NCBI GenBank assembly: GCA_019753375.1
Contig: JAIELC010000011.1
Location: 10,096-74,095, forward strand
Direction: 5' to 3'
Origin: Sphingomonas sp.
GTDB taxonomy: Bacteria > Pseudomonadota > Alphaproteobacteria > Sphingomonadales > Sphingomonadaceae
DNA: 64,000 nucleotides
In this document: in pieces, positions 48,331 to 58,491 of the stretch
How positions within the stretch are numbered: position 1 is the stretch's first letter
How the letters are laid out: each line of letters opens with the position of its first letter
Translations under genes and position numbers: made by a program
The notes under the pieces: generated by a model
Seen by the model: the letters and a program-made list of their open reading frames with translations, nothing else
Told to the model about the DNA's origin: nothing
Database searches by the model: none

Positions 48331-50415
48331 ATGAACCTTGCCTTTTTGAATGGTCTTGGTCTGGCGGGCATCGTGCGCGGCGCGGCTTTGCCGGTGGCGA
48401 TCCTGTTGCTGGTTGTCTTGATGGTCGTGCCGATTCCGGCGGCGATGCTCGATTTCTTCTTCATCCTGAACATTACCATCAGCCTTGCGGTGCTGATGGT
48501 CGCGCTCAATGCGCAAAAACCGCTCGATTTTTCTGCCTTTCCCACCGTGCTGCTGTTCGCGACGCTGTTCCGGCTTTCGCTCAACGTGGCATCGACCCGG
48601 GTTGTGCTGGTGCATGGCCATGAAGGCGAGAGCGCGGCGGGCCGGGTGATTGAAGCGTTCGGCACCTTCCTGATCGGTGGTGATTATGTCGTTGGTCTGT
48701 TTGTCTTTTCGATCCTGGTCATCATCAATCTGATCGTTGTTACCAAAGGCGCCGGTCGCGTTTCCGAAGTGTCAGCGCGTTTCACGCTGGATGCCTTGCC
48801 GGGCAAGCAGATGGCGATCGACGCCGATCTGAATGCCGGCCTGATCACCCCCGACGAAGCCAAGGCGCGCCGCATCGAAGTATCGACCGAAGCCGATTTT
48901 TATGGCTCGATGGACGGTTCGTCGAAGTTCGTGAAGGGCGACGCCATCGCCGGGCTGCTGATCCTGGCCGCCAATATTATCGGCGGCCTGATCCTGGGGC
49001 CGGTCAGCCACGGCATGACCATTGGCGATGCCGCGCATAATTATGTCCTGCTCGCGATCGGCGATGCGCTCGTCGCGCAGATCCCCAGCCTGATGCTGTC
49101 AATTGCCGCGGCGGCCATTGTGACACGCGTTACCTCGTCGCTCGATCTGGCGGGCCAGATTGGCGGGCAATTTGCCTCGGCGCGCACCTGGACCCCGGTT
49201 GCCTGTATCTTGTTCCTGCTGGGTGTGATGCCCGGGATGCCGCACGCGGTCATTCTGCCGGCCGCGGCGATTGCCGGCTATGCCGCATGGCGCCTGCGCG
49301 AAAGTGCCCGCCGTGTTCCGCCGCCGCCGGTCGAACCTGCCGCGCCCGTCGATCTGTCCAAGATCAGCTGGGATGAAGTGGCGGACACGATTCAAGTCAA
49401 TATCGATATCGGCTATGGGCTGGTGCCGCTGGTCGATGAACGCCGCGGCAGCCCGTTGACGGGCCGGATCACCGGGGTGCGCCGCCAATTGTCCAAGGAG
49501 CTGGGCTTTGTCGTGCCGCAGGTGCGTGTGCGCGACGACATCAACCTGGCGCCCTATAGTTACCGGATCGTCGTTGGTGGCGTGGTGCTGGGCGAAGATA
49601 CGGTCTCGCCCGATGAAATGCTCGCGCTCAACACCGGCCAGGCCTTTGGCAAGCTGAACGGCAAGGCGGCCAAGGACCCGACCTTTGGTCTCGATGCAAT
49701 CTGGATCACGCCGGGGGACGCCGATGCCGCCACCGGGGCGGGCTATCTGGTGGTCGATCCGGGAACCGTGATCGCCACCCATCTGAACCATATTCTCAGC
49801 CAGAACTCGGCCGACCTGCTGGGGCCGGACGAGGTCCAGAACCTGCTGGACGGGCTGAAGGAACGCGCCGCCAATCTGGTGGCATCGCTATCGCCTGCGC
49901 CGCTGCCGCTGACCACCCTGACCCAGGTTTTGAAGGGCCTGCTGGCCGAAGGGATCGCGCTGAAGGAATTCCGCCGGATTGCCGCCGCGATCGCCGTCGC
50001 CGCGCAGCGGACGCTCGATGCCGAAGAGTTGATCGAAGCGATCCGTCCGGAGCTGGGCGCGCTGATTATTCAACGGCTGTGCGGCGTGCGCGAACCGCTC
50101 CGCGTGATGACGCTGGAAGGCCAGCTGGAAGGCTTGCTGGGCCAGGCCGTCCGGTCCGATCCGTCGCGGCGCCATACCATCGAACCCGATCTGGGGCGCC
50201 GCATCGTCGATGCGCTGCAACAGGCCGCCCAGCCGCTGATCAACGAAGCCAAGCCGTTTGCGCTGGTCGTTCAGCCCGCGATCCGGCTGGCGATCCGCAA
50301 GCTGGTCAAGAGCTGTCTGCCGGACACCCCGGTGATGAGCTTTTTCGAAGTCCCCGAAGACAAGTCGGTCGAAGTTGTCGCGGTGATCGGCGCGCCTGGA
50401 GCATTGGCGGCATGA
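48331..50415 (+). CDS. flhA: Flagellar export protein FlhA
   Basis: RVSEVSARFTLDALPGKQMAIDADL; FYGSMDG. Confidence 0.97.
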   Translation: MNLAFLNGLGLAGIVRGAALPVAILLLVVLMVVPIPAAMLDFFFILNITISLAVLMVALNAQKPLDFSAFPTVLLFATLFRLSLNVASTRVVLVHGHEGESAAGRVIEAFGTFLIGGDYVVGLFVFSILVIINLIVVTKGAGRVSEVSARFTLDALPGKQMAIDADLNAGLITPDEAKARRIEVSTEADFYGSMDGSSKFVKGDAIAGLLILAANIIGGLILGPVSHGMTIGDAAHNYVLLAIGDALVAQIPSLMLSIAAAAIVTRVTSSLDLAGQIGGQFASARTWTPVACILFLLGVMPGMPHAVILPAAAIAGYAAWRLRESARRVPPPPVEPAAPVDLSKISWDEVADTIQVNIDIGYGLVPLVDERRGSPLTGRITGVRRQLSKELGFVVPQVRVRDDINLAPYSYRIVVGGVVLGEDTVSPDEMLALNTGQAFGKLNGKAAKDPTFGLDAIWITPGDADAATGAGYLVVDPGTVIATHLNHILSQNSADLLGPDEVQNLLDGLKERAANLVASLSPAPLPLTTLTQVLKGLLAEGIALKEFRRIAAAIAVAAQRTLDAEELIEAIRPELGALIIQRLCGVREPLRVMTLEGQLEGLLGQAVRSDPSRRHTIEPDLGRRIVDALQQAAQPLINEAKPFALVVQPAIRLAIRKLVKSCLPDTPVMSFFEVPEDKSVEVVAVIGAPGALAA

Positions 50416-51182
50416 GCGTCCATCCCGATCAGAAGCATTTCCAAAACGCCGCGCCGCTGACGGGTAGCACGCCGCTGGTCTATGCGCGCGATGGCAAGGG
50501 CCCGGGCAGCCTGGAGGCCCTTGCCGCCAAGCATCTGCCGCTGGTGCGCCGCGCGGCATGGCATATCCACGGCACGATGAGCAGCATGATCGAGGTCGAA
50601 GATCTGATCCAGATCGGCCTGGTCGCTCTGGTCGAGGCAGCGAGCAGTTTCGAGGATCGCGGCCAGGTGACCTTTGACCAATATCTGACAACACGCGTGC
50701 GCGGCGCCATGATCGATGAGCTCCGCCGCCAGGCAACGCTGACGCGCGGCGCCATGCGCCGCCGCCGCGCCTATCACGACGCCATCACGGCGCTGACCAA
50801 CGAAACCGGTTCGCGCCCCGATGACCACGCCATCGCCGATCGACTGGGGGTTACACTGGAAAAGCTGCGCACCGACTATTCATCCGCCGAGGCGCTTCGG
50901 TTTGAACCGATCGACGATGTCTATTCAGATGACCTGCCCTGGTTCGCCAGCGACGAGCCCAATGCCTTTGACCAGCTGGCCGAGGCCGATCAGCGCACGG
51001 CGCTGATCGATGCGATCCGCGCCTTGCCCGAACGCGAAGCGCAAGTGATCCAGCTTTATTATGTCGAGGAACTCAACCTTGAAGAAATCGGCCAGGTGAT
51101 CGGCGTTGGCGCCGCGCGGATCTGCCAGATCAAAGCATCGGCGCATGCCCGGCTGAAACGAGCACTTGCCCGCGCCGTATAG
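50412..51182 (+). CDS. fliA: Flagellar sigma factor sigma28
   Basis: DLIQIG, RVRGAMIDELR, LYYVEELNLEEIG; ATGA overlap with flhA. Confidence 0.93.
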   Translation: MSVHPDQKHFQNAAPLTGSTPLVYARDGKGPGSLEALAAKHLPLVRRAAWHIHGTMSSMIEVEDLIQIGLVALVEAASSFEDRGQVTFDQYLTTRVRGAMIDELRRQATLTRGAMRRRRAYHDAITALTNETGSRPDDHAIADRLGVTLEKLRTDYSSAEALRFEPIDDVYSDDLPWFASDEPNAFDQLAEADQRTALIDAIRALPEREAQVIQLYYVEELNLEEIGQVIGVGAARICQIKASAHARLKRALARAV

Positions 51183-51197
51183 TTGATCCCCGGGCCG

Positions 51198-51617
51198 CTA
51201 TGCGGGATAGGCGGCAAGGTTGTTTGCCAATGATTGCCGGACCACTTGGTCCAGCACGTGCCGGTCAATGTCGGCAAGCCGTTTGATATACAAACAGCCC
51301 TTGCCCGTCCTGTGTTTGCCGATACCGGTCAGCAGCGCGGCAATATTTGCGTTGCCGGCGCCCACGTAAAGAACCAGTTCTGCCTTGCGCGGCGAAAAGG
51401 CAATCCGGGGCATATCGCCTTCGCGGCCGCTGTCATAGCAATAGTGATAGCGGCCGAAACCGATGATCGACGGGCCCCACATCACCGCCCTTTCGCCGGA
51501 AATTGCTCCGTACAAATCGATCAGCACATTAGCATCGGCGCGGCGCTCGGCCGGCTGGACACTGGCGAGGAAATCCTCAAGCCCTATCTGATCCGGCGTC
51601 GTCTTGTTCGCGGCCAT
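51198..51617 (-). CDS. DUF1801 (YdhG-like) protein
   Basis: MWGPSIIGFG.YHY, FSPRK, GKGCLYIK. Confidence 0.85.
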   Translation of the reverse strand: MAANKTTPDQIGLEDFLASVQPAERRADANVLIDLYGAISGERAVMWGPSIIGFGRYHYCYDSGREGDMPRIAFSPRKAELVLYVGAGNANIAALLTGIGKHRTGKGCLYIKRLADIDRHVLDQVVRQSLANNLAAYPA

Positions 51618-51782
51618 GCAGCCCGTCCCCGGTGCAGCTTTTCGGATTGGTCATGTTAGGCGCATCCGCCGGTCGGTACCAGATCGGATGTGGCGTCAAC
51701 GCTTCAGGCGCAGCGATGGAAACCCCGCGGCGCGAAGGGCGGGCGGCGGGTTTCGCGTACAGCAGCGTTTACAGCCACCGCA

Positions 51783-52049
51783 ATGGCGCTTGCACCCCTC
51801 ACCCACCGGCCGATCCTTGCCCAGGCATGGACGATCATGATCGGTCGGTTGACGGTCGCCATGGTCGGTGTCGTCGATACGATCCTCATCGGGCGCGCCG
51901 GCGAAGCGACGTCTTTGGCGGCGGTGGCACCGGGGACGACCATCGTCAATTTCCTGCTCTGGGCGTTCGGCTTTTTGCGGATGGGCATGACCGGCCTTGC
52001 CGCACAGGCCGACGGCGAAGCGCTTGCGCCAATCGCGGCTGCACCATAG
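51783..52049 (+). pseudogene. Truncated DinF/MATE efflux transporter (N-terminal about 88 aa)
   Basis: VGVVDT..IG...LAAVA.G...[20 protein letters not shown] then stop; argG starts 35 bp later. Confidence 0.8.
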
Positions 52050-52083
52050 AGCGCGGGCGCCCTTTGCTGCTGGAGCTGCCGCG

Positions 52084-53316
52084 ATGTCCCCTACCACGCC
52101 CGATAAGATCAACCGCGTTGTCCTCGCCTATTCGGGCGGGCTGGATACCAGTGTGATCCTGAAATGGCTGCAGCAGACCTATGGCTGCGAGGTCGTCACC
52201 TTCACCGCCGATCTGGGTCAGGGCGAAGAGCTCGAACCCGCGCGCAAAAAAGCCGAAATGGCGGGCGTGAAGCCCGAGCATATCTTCATCGACGATCTGC
52301 GCGAGGAATTCGTTGGCAATTACGTCTACCCGATGATGCGCGCCAATGCCCTGTATGAGGGATTATATCTGCTGGGCACCAGCATCGCCCGCCCGCTGAT
52401 TGCCAAGCGCCAGATCGAGATCGCCCGCCAGGTGAATGCCGATGCCGTCAGCCACGGGGCAACCGGCAAAGGCAATGATCAGGTCCGCTTTGAACTGGGC
52501 TATTACGCGCTGGCACCCGACATCAAGGTGATTGCACCGTGGCGCGAATGGGACCTGACCAGCCGGACCAAATTGATCGAATTTGCTGAAAAGCACCAGA
52601 TTCAGGTGGCGAAGGACAAGCGCGGCGAAGCGCCCTTTTCAACCGACGCCAACATCCTGCACACCTCATCCGAGGGCAAGGTGCTGGAGGATCCCTGGCA
52701 GGGAGTGCCCGATTACGTCTATTCGCGCACCGTCAATCCCGAAGACGCACCCGATGCGCCCGAATTCATCACGATCGATTTTGAACGCGGAGACGGGGTT
52801 GCCTTGAACGGCGACGCCATGTCGCCTGCCACGCTGCTCGCCGCGCTCAATGATCTGGGGCGCACCCACGGCATTGGGCGGCTCGATCTGGTCGAGAACC
52901 GCTTTGTCGGCATGAAGTCACGCGGCATGTATGAAACGCCGGGTGGCACCATTTATCACCTCGCCCACCGCGGTATCGAACAGCTCACGCTTGATCGCGG
53001 CGCCGCGCATCTGAAGGATGAACTGGCCCCGCGCTACGCCGAATTGGTCTATAATGGCTTCTGGTTCTCGCCCGAGCGCGAGATGCTGCAGGCCGCGATC
53101 GACCATAGTCAGGCAAAGGTCACCGGCACGGTACGGCTGAAGCTGTACAAGGGCGGCGTCCATGTCGTTGGCCGCAAGTCGCCCTATTCGCTTTATTCCG
53201 AGAAAGTCGTTACATTCGAGGATGATCAGGGCGCCTATGACCAGCGCGATGCGGCCGGCTTCATCAAGCTCAACGCGCTACGCCTGCGGCTGTTGGGACG
53301 ACGCGACCAGGCGTAA
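52084..53316 (+). CDS. argG: Argininosuccinate synthase
   Basis: [34 protein letters not shown]. Confidence 0.98.
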   Translation: MSPTTPDKINRVVLAYSGGLDTSVILKWLQQTYGCEVVTFTADLGQGEELEPARKKAEMAGVKPEHIFIDDLREEFVGNYVYPMMRANALYEGLYLLGTSIARPLIAKRQIEIARQVNADAVSHGATGKGNDQVRFELGYYALAPDIKVIAPWREWDLTSRTKLIEFAEKHQIQVAKDKRGEAPFSTDANILHTSSEGKVLEDPWQGVPDYVYSRTVNPEDAPDAPEFITIDFERGDGVALNGDAMSPATLLAALNDLGRTHGIGRLDLVENRFVGMKSRGMYETPGGTIYHLAHRGIEQLTLDRGAAHLKDELAPRYAELVYNGFWFSPEREMLQAAIDHSQAKVTGTVRLKLYKGGVHVVGRKSPYSLYSEKVVTFEDDQGAYDQRDAAGFIKLNALRLRLLGRRDQA

Positions 53317-53364
53317 CGGCGGGTCCGTTCACGCGATCATGATGTCGCGGTCCGCCACCGCGTC

Positions 53365-53380
53365 CTAACGCGCGCTTAAC
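53365..53380 (+). promoter_or_regulatory. Putative CtrA box
   Basis: CTAA-N7-TTAAC, one mismatch to TTAA-N7-TTAAC, just upstream of the 53404 CDS. Confidence 0.5.
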
Positions 53381-53403
53381 CACGCGCGTTCTATGCAGGA
53401 CGG

Positions 53404-55197
53404 ATGCACATGCGCGCACCATCTGGGCCATGGGCCCGCGACGCCGCGCTGGCGATCGCGATGGCGTGCCTGATGAGTGCGGTGTGGACGCTGCGCGGGT
53501 GGCCGATGCTGGCAACGCTCCATTTGCCCGACACCGATGATGTGATGCGCCTGCAGCAGATTCGCGACTGGCTGAACGGCCAGCGTTTTGCCGATCTGAC
53601 CCAGCACCGGCTTGGCGCACCGCCGGGCCTGCCGATGCATTGGTCGCGGCTGGCCGATCTGGTGCCCGCGGCAATCATCGTCGCCTTGGCACCGCTGATC
53701 GGCCAGCATCAGGCCGAAATCGCCGCCGTCATCCTGTGGCCAGCCCTGCTGCTGGCCAGCGCGCTCATCCTGATTGCAACGATTGCACGCCGCATCGATC
53801 CCCACGGCGAGCCTGCCACGGCGGTGATCATTGCGGCCATCGCCTATCCGGCAACGACCATTTTTGTTCCCGGCAGGATTGACCATCATGGTTTTCAGAT
53901 CGTTTTGCTGCTGGGGGTGGTGCGCGCGCTGATCGGCGGCCAGACATTTTGGGCCGGGGCGATCGCCGGCGCCCTGACCGCGGCAAGCATTGTCATCGGC
54001 CTGGAAACCGCGCCGTTGCTGCTGGTAACCGCCATCTGGCTTTGGCTCGATTGGGTGCGGCACCCGCGCGCGAATGATCAGCGTCTGCTGGGCTATGCTG
54101 TGTCGCTGGGCCTGGCGCTGGCATTGGCGGCGGTCGTGTTTGGCGGCACGGGCTGGCGCTATCCCGCCTGCGATGGCTTTACCAGTCAGGCGTGGCGCCT
54201 TGCCCAGGCGGGCAGCTTTGCCGCTGTCTTCCTGGCGATTGCCGGACGCAGCCTGGGCAACACCGGCGCGCGACTGGTGGTCAGCGCGGCGACCGGTGCG
54301 GTCGTTGTTGCGGCCCTGTTCCCGTCACTTCGGACCTGCGTTAATCCTTATGGTGCGGTTGATCCGCTGGTCGCCCGCCTGTGGCTGGATAATGTCGGCG
54401 AGGCACAGGGATTATTTACGGCAAACCCCGTGATCGCCCTTGGCTATGTTGGCCTGATGGTGATGGGTATTGGTGCAAGCATCTGGTGCTGGCTGCGGAC
54501 GCACGGATCGGGCTGGGCGGCGATTGCGGCGGTGCAGACGGCAGCGCTGGCTATTTCATGTCTGCAGCTGCGCGGTGCTTATGCCGGCGCCATCCTTGCC
54601 GCCCCCGCGCTGGCGATGGTGATTGGCGAAGCCCGCCGTCGCGGCAATATCTGGCTGGCTGCCGCCTGGATCATGTCGGCAGGCATGCTGTATCCGCTCG
54701 CGGCCCAGGCACTTGCGCCGCACGCACCGGCACCGCAACCAGATGGGGGCGCAACCGGGGGGGGCGCGGCCGGGGAGCGCGCAAGGGGGGCGGGCGGATG
54801 CAACAGCCCGGAGACGATTGCCCGGTTGGCAGCCCTGCCCAAAGGAACGCTGATGGCGCCGATCGACGTCGGACCCTATGCCATCGCCGGCACACATCAC
54901 CGATTGGTTGCAGCACCGTATCACCGCAACAATGCCGCGAACGCCGCGCTGTACCGTTTTTTTACCGCCCGCGCCGATACCGCGCGACGGATCGCCGCTG
55001 CATGGCAGGTCGATTATGTGCTTTATTGCCCGGCAATGCTGGGTGAACTGGGCGAGCTGGGCGGGTCTGCACGCCGGGATCATAACAGCCTGATCGACCT
55101 GCTCGACAGCGGACATCCCCCGCCATGGCTGCTGCCGGTTGGCGATCAGCGCCCCGGCCCCGTCATTTTCCGGATCGAACGCCGCTTGCCGCGCTAG
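53404..55197 (+). CDS. Polytopic membrane protein, probable GT-C fold glycosyltransferase (STT3/AglB-like N-terminus)
   Basis: DTDD..R in first periplasmic loop, HWSRL.D, IDHH; more than 12 TM segments plus C-terminal soluble domain. Confidence 0.6.
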   Translation: MHMRAPSGPWARDAALAIAMACLMSAVWTLRGWPMLATLHLPDTDDVMRLQQIRDWLNGQRFADLTQHRLGAPPGLPMHWSRLADLVPAAIIVALAPLIGQHQAEIAAVILWPALLLASALILIATIARRIDPHGEPATAVIIAAIAYPATTIFVPGRIDHHGFQIVLLLGVVRALIGGQTFWAGAIAGALTAASIVIGLETAPLLLVTAIWLWLDWVRHPRANDQRLLGYAVSLGLALALAAVVFGGTGWRYPACDGFTSQAWRLAQAGSFAAVFLAIAGRSLGNTGARLVVSAATGAVVVAALFPSLRTCVNPYGAVDPLVARLWLDNVGEAQGLFTANPVIALGYVGLMVMGIGASIWCWLRTHGSGWAAIAAVQTAALAISCLQLRGAYAGAILAAPALAMVIGEARRRGNIWLAAAWIMSAGMLYPLAAQALAPHAPAPQPDGGATGGGAAGERARGAGGCNSPETIARLAALPKGTLMAPIDVGPYAIAGTHHRLVAAPYHRNNAANAALYRFFTARADTARRIAAAWQVDYVLYCPAMLGELGELGGSARRDHNSLIDLLDSGHPPPWLLPVGDQRPGPVIFRIERRLPR

Positions 55198-55221
55198 GCC
55201 AAGGCGATCTAGAGCGGTCGG

Positions 55222-56883
55222 ATGCAAGCGAATTCTGACCAGCGCCTCCATTGGTGGCAAACGCGCACGTTCGTCGTGGCGGCTGCGCTTGCATCGATGA
55301 TCCCGCTGCTCTGGCCCGATATCCCGCCAATGGTCGATCTGCCCGGCCATATGGGCCGCTACCGGGTCCAGCTCGATTATGATCATTATCCCTGGCTGGC
55401 TGACTGGTACAAATTTCAATGGTCGCTGATCGGCAATCTCGGCGTCGATCTGCTGGTGATCCCGCTGTCCAAGATTTTCGGGCTGGAGCTGGCGGTCAAA
55501 CTGATTGTGCTCAGTATGCCGGTGCTGACGGTGACCGGCCTGTTGTGGATTGCCCGCGAAGTGCATGGCCGCATCCCCGCCAGCGCGCTGTTCGCGCTGC
55601 CACTGGCGTATAACTTCGCGTTCCATTTCGGTTTCGTCAATTTTGTCCTGTCGATGGCGCTGGCGCTGAATGCCTTTGCGCTGTGGCTTCGCATGGCACG
55701 GCTTGGCCATCTGCGGACACGCGCGATTATCTTTGTCCCGCTGTCGGGGCTGTTGTGGCTGTGCCATACCTTTGGCTGGGGCGTGCTGGGCGTGCTGGCC
55801 TTTTCGGCGGAAATGGTCCGGCAGCACGACCTGGGACACCGCTGGGACAAGGCATGGTTGCGCGCCTGCCTTGGCGTGCTGCCGATCGCGCCGCCGGTCA
55901 CATTGATGGTGCTCTGGCGCAGCGGCGAGCATGTCACCGGTCTGACGGGGGACTGGTTCAACTGGCGCGCCAAGATCGACTGGATGACGATGATGCTGCG
56001 CGATCGCTGGCAAGCGGTCGACATTGCCTCGGTCGCGGTTCTGTATTTCATTCTGCTGCGCGGCCTGCGCGACCGAAGCATCGAATATTCGCGCAATCTG
56101 GGATTGTCGGCGCTGTTTCTGCTCGCCGTCTATCTGCTGTTGCCCCGCATCGTCTTTGGATCGGCCTATGCCGATATGCGGCTGGTGCCCTATATGGTGG
56201 CCATCGCGGTGATCGCGATCCGGCCACGCCGCGGGCTTTCGCCCCGCGGTGCCAGCGCGCTGGCGGCTTTGGGACTGGTGTTCTGCCTGATCCGGCTAGG
56301 CACCAATACTGCCAGCGCATGGCTTTATGACCAGTCCTACGACCGGGAGCTGAAAGCGCTGGATCACGTTCCGGTTGGCGCGCGGCTGGTAAGCTTTGTG
56401 GGTGAGACATGCTACAGCGAATGGACGATGTCGCGGCTCGAACATGTGCCGGCGCTCGCGCTCGAACGGCGGCTTGCCTATACCAATGACCAATGGTCGA
56501 TGGCCGGGGCCCAGCTGATGACGACCCGCTACAAGGCGGGCGGCCTTTATGCGCACGACCCGTCGGAAATCGTCACGCCGCCGACCTGTCCGCGCCGCTG
56601 GTGGCGGCCGATTTCGCGGTCGCTCGCGCATTTTCCGCGCGATGCCTATGATTATGTCTGGCTGATTATCCCCCCGCCTTTTGACAAAAGGTTCGAACAA
56701 GGCCTGATTCCGGTCTGGTCGAATGGCCACAGCGCCGTTTTCAAGGTTGATCACACGGTGCCGCCGCCGCGGCTGACCCGCGACGAACTTACGCCTCCGC
56801 CGCCTTCCGAAACGGGGTCATCGTCCCAAGAAAAGCCTGGTCCGCTGCCACCGCGTGCCGCTCGCGCGCCAGAAAATCACTGA
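55222..56883 (+). CDS. Polytopic membrane protein, probable GT-C fold glycosyltransferase
   Basis: PPMVDLPGH after TM1, FGFVNF, CH, ADMR; C-terminal periplasmic domain. Confidence 0.55.
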   Translation: MQANSDQRLHWWQTRTFVVAAALASMIPLLWPDIPPMVDLPGHMGRYRVQLDYDHYPWLADWYKFQWSLIGNLGVDLLVIPLSKIFGLELAVKLIVLSMPVLTVTGLLWIAREVHGRIPASALFALPLAYNFAFHFGFVNFVLSMALALNAFALWLRMARLGHLRTRAIIFVPLSGLLWLCHTFGWGVLGVLAFSAEMVRQHDLGHRWDKAWLRACLGVLPIAPPVTLMVLWRSGEHVTGLTGDWFNWRAKIDWMTMMLRDRWQAVDIASVAVLYFILLRGLRDRSIEYSRNLGLSALFLLAVYLLLPRIVFGSAYADMRLVPYMVAIAVIAIRPRRGLSPRGASALAALGLVFCLIRLGTNTASAWLYDQSYDRELKALDHVPVGARLVSFVGETCYSEWTMSRLEHVPALALERRLAYTNDQWSMAGAQLMTTRYKAGGLYAHDPSEIVTPPTCPRRWWRPISRSLAHFPRDAYDYVWLIIPPPFDKRFEQGLIPVWSNGHSAVFKVDHTVPPPRLTRDELTPPPPSETGSSSQEKPGPLPPRAARAPENH

Positions 56884-57934
56884 CCGCACGGCGAAAGCCG
56901 GGATCGGGAATATAATGCGCCGACCATGTTGCGACGGGCGCATAGCCGCGCGCCAGCTTGTGCTCGCCCTGCGCGCCGGCCTCCACAAAGGCGAGGCCAC
57001 GGGCGATGGCGGCATCGATGGCCTGATAATAGCAAAGTTCGAAATGGAGGAAGGGCACATCCTCCACGCATCCCCAATAGCGGCCATATAAAGTATTGCC
57101 GCCAATCAGGTTTAGCGCCGCCGCAATCGGCCGGCCTGCGCGTTCGGCCAGTATCACCAGAACCTTGTCCGCCATGCGTTCGCCCAACAGCGAAAAGAAC
57201 GCGCGCGTCAGATAGGGCCGTCCCCATTTCCGGCTGCCCGTGTCCTGATAAAACACCCAGAAAGCATCCCAGACGGCCTCGGTCAGGTCACGCCCCGTCA
57301 GGTGCCGGACGCTAAGCCCATCGACCGCGGCGGCGCGTTCCTTGCGGATCGCCTTGCGTTTCCGGCTGGCAAGCGCGCCCAGAAAATCATCAAACGCGCC
57401 ATAACCGTCGTTGCGCCAGTGAAATTGCGTCCCTTGCCGGATCAGCCAGTCAGCCGCTTCAAAATCGCTCAGCTGATCGGGCGCGACGAAGGTGGCATGC
57501 GCCGAGGACAGGCGGTTCTGATCAACCACCGCCTCAATCGCGCCAATCAGCGCCGGCGCGAGCGCCGGGTCGCGCAGCAACAGCCGCGGGCCGGGTGCGG
57601 GCGTGAAGGGTACGGCGATCTGCAGCTTGGGATAATAACGTCCGCCCGCACTTTGCCACGCATCGGCCCAGCCATGATCGAACACATATTCGCCCTGGCT
57701 GTGGCTTTTGGCATAGACCGGCGCGATCGCCGCGGGACATCCATGGGCATCATCGATCACGATGGGCGAGGGTTGCCATCCGCTGCGCCCGCCGACACTG
57801 GCCGACTCTTCGAGGATGCGCAGGAATGCATGGCTCAAAAAAGGGTTATCCGCCCCGGCGCAGGCGTCCCAAGCGGCGGCATCGATGCTGCTGACCGACG
57901 AGGCGATTCGCGCAGTAATGGATTGGCTGGTCAC
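56789..57934 (-). CDS. FemAB-like GNAT family protein
   Basis: HSQGEYVFD, LYGRYWG, LHFELCYYQ, GAQGEHK. Confidence 0.9.
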   Translation of the reverse strand: MTSQSITARIASSVSSIDAAAWDACAGADNPFLSHAFLRILEESASVGGRSGWQPSPIVIDDAHGCPAAIAPVYAKSHSQGEYVFDHGWADAWQSAGGRYYPKLQIAVPFTPAPGPRLLLRDPALAPALIGAIEAVVDQNRLSSAHATFVAPDQLSDFEAADWLIRQGTQFHWRNDGYGAFDDFLGALASRKRKAIRKERAAAVDGLSVRHLTGRDLTEAVWDAFWVFYQDTGSRKWGRPYLTRAFFSLLGERMADKVLVILAERAGRPIAAALNLIGGNTLYGRYWGCVEDVPFLHFELCYYQAIDAAIARGLAFVEAGAQGEHKLARGYAPVATWSAHYIPDPGFRRAVSDFLARERHAVAADQAFLGTMTPFRKAAEA

Positions 57935-57990
57935 GATGCCGTTAAATTAGGCGGTCGGCGCGCAAGGGCAATCCCGCCGAAAGGCGCAGC

Positions 57991-58458
57991 CTAGGAAACG
58001 ATTTTGACGATGGCGTCGATTTCGACCGCAACCCCCATGGGCAGGCTTGGCACACCAACCGCGCTGCGTGCATGCTTGCCGGCGTCGCCGAACAGCGCGA
58101 CCATCAGATCGGATGCGCCATTGGCGACCTTGGGCTGATCGGTGAAATCGGCGGTGCAATTGACGAACACGCCCAGTTTGACGATTCGTTCGACCCGGTG
58201 CAGCCCGCCCAGCGCCGCCTTCATTTGCGCCACCAGCATCAGGCCGCAGTGCTGCGCCGCTTCAACGCCATAGGCAAGGTCACGGTCTTCGCCAAGGCGC
58301 CCGACCATCAACGCGCCATCGGCGGCAAAGGAAATCTGCCCCGAGATGTACAACATCCCGTCGGCTTCGACGGTTGGGACATAACTGGCCACGGGGGCTG
58401 CCGCCAATGGCAATGCCAGGCCCAGTTCAGCGAGTTTGCGGTCGATTCGATCGGTCAT
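57991..58458 (-). CDS. RidA/YjgF family protein
   Basis: ISGQ, ANGAS, HARSAVG, VEID. Confidence 0.92.
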   Translation of the reverse strand: MTDRIDRKLAELGLALPLAAAPVASYVPTVEADGMLYISGQISFAADGALMVGRLGEDRDLAYGVEAAQHCGLMLVAQMKAALGGLHRVERIVKLGVFVNCTADFTDQPKVANGASDLMVALFGDAGKHARSAVGVPSLPMGVAVEIDAIVKIVS

Positions 58459-58491
58459 GCCACGGTCAGAACCATGCGCAGGGTCAACCGG

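Noticed and set aside
50079-50411. N-terminal extension of fliA in the ORF track
   Set aside because: Overlaps flhA; the ATGA-coupled start at 50412 gives a normal-sized sigma28
54556-56013. 485 aa minus-strand ORF
   Set aside because: Antisense to two membrane-protein genes; Arg/Gln/His-rich composition typical of shadow frames
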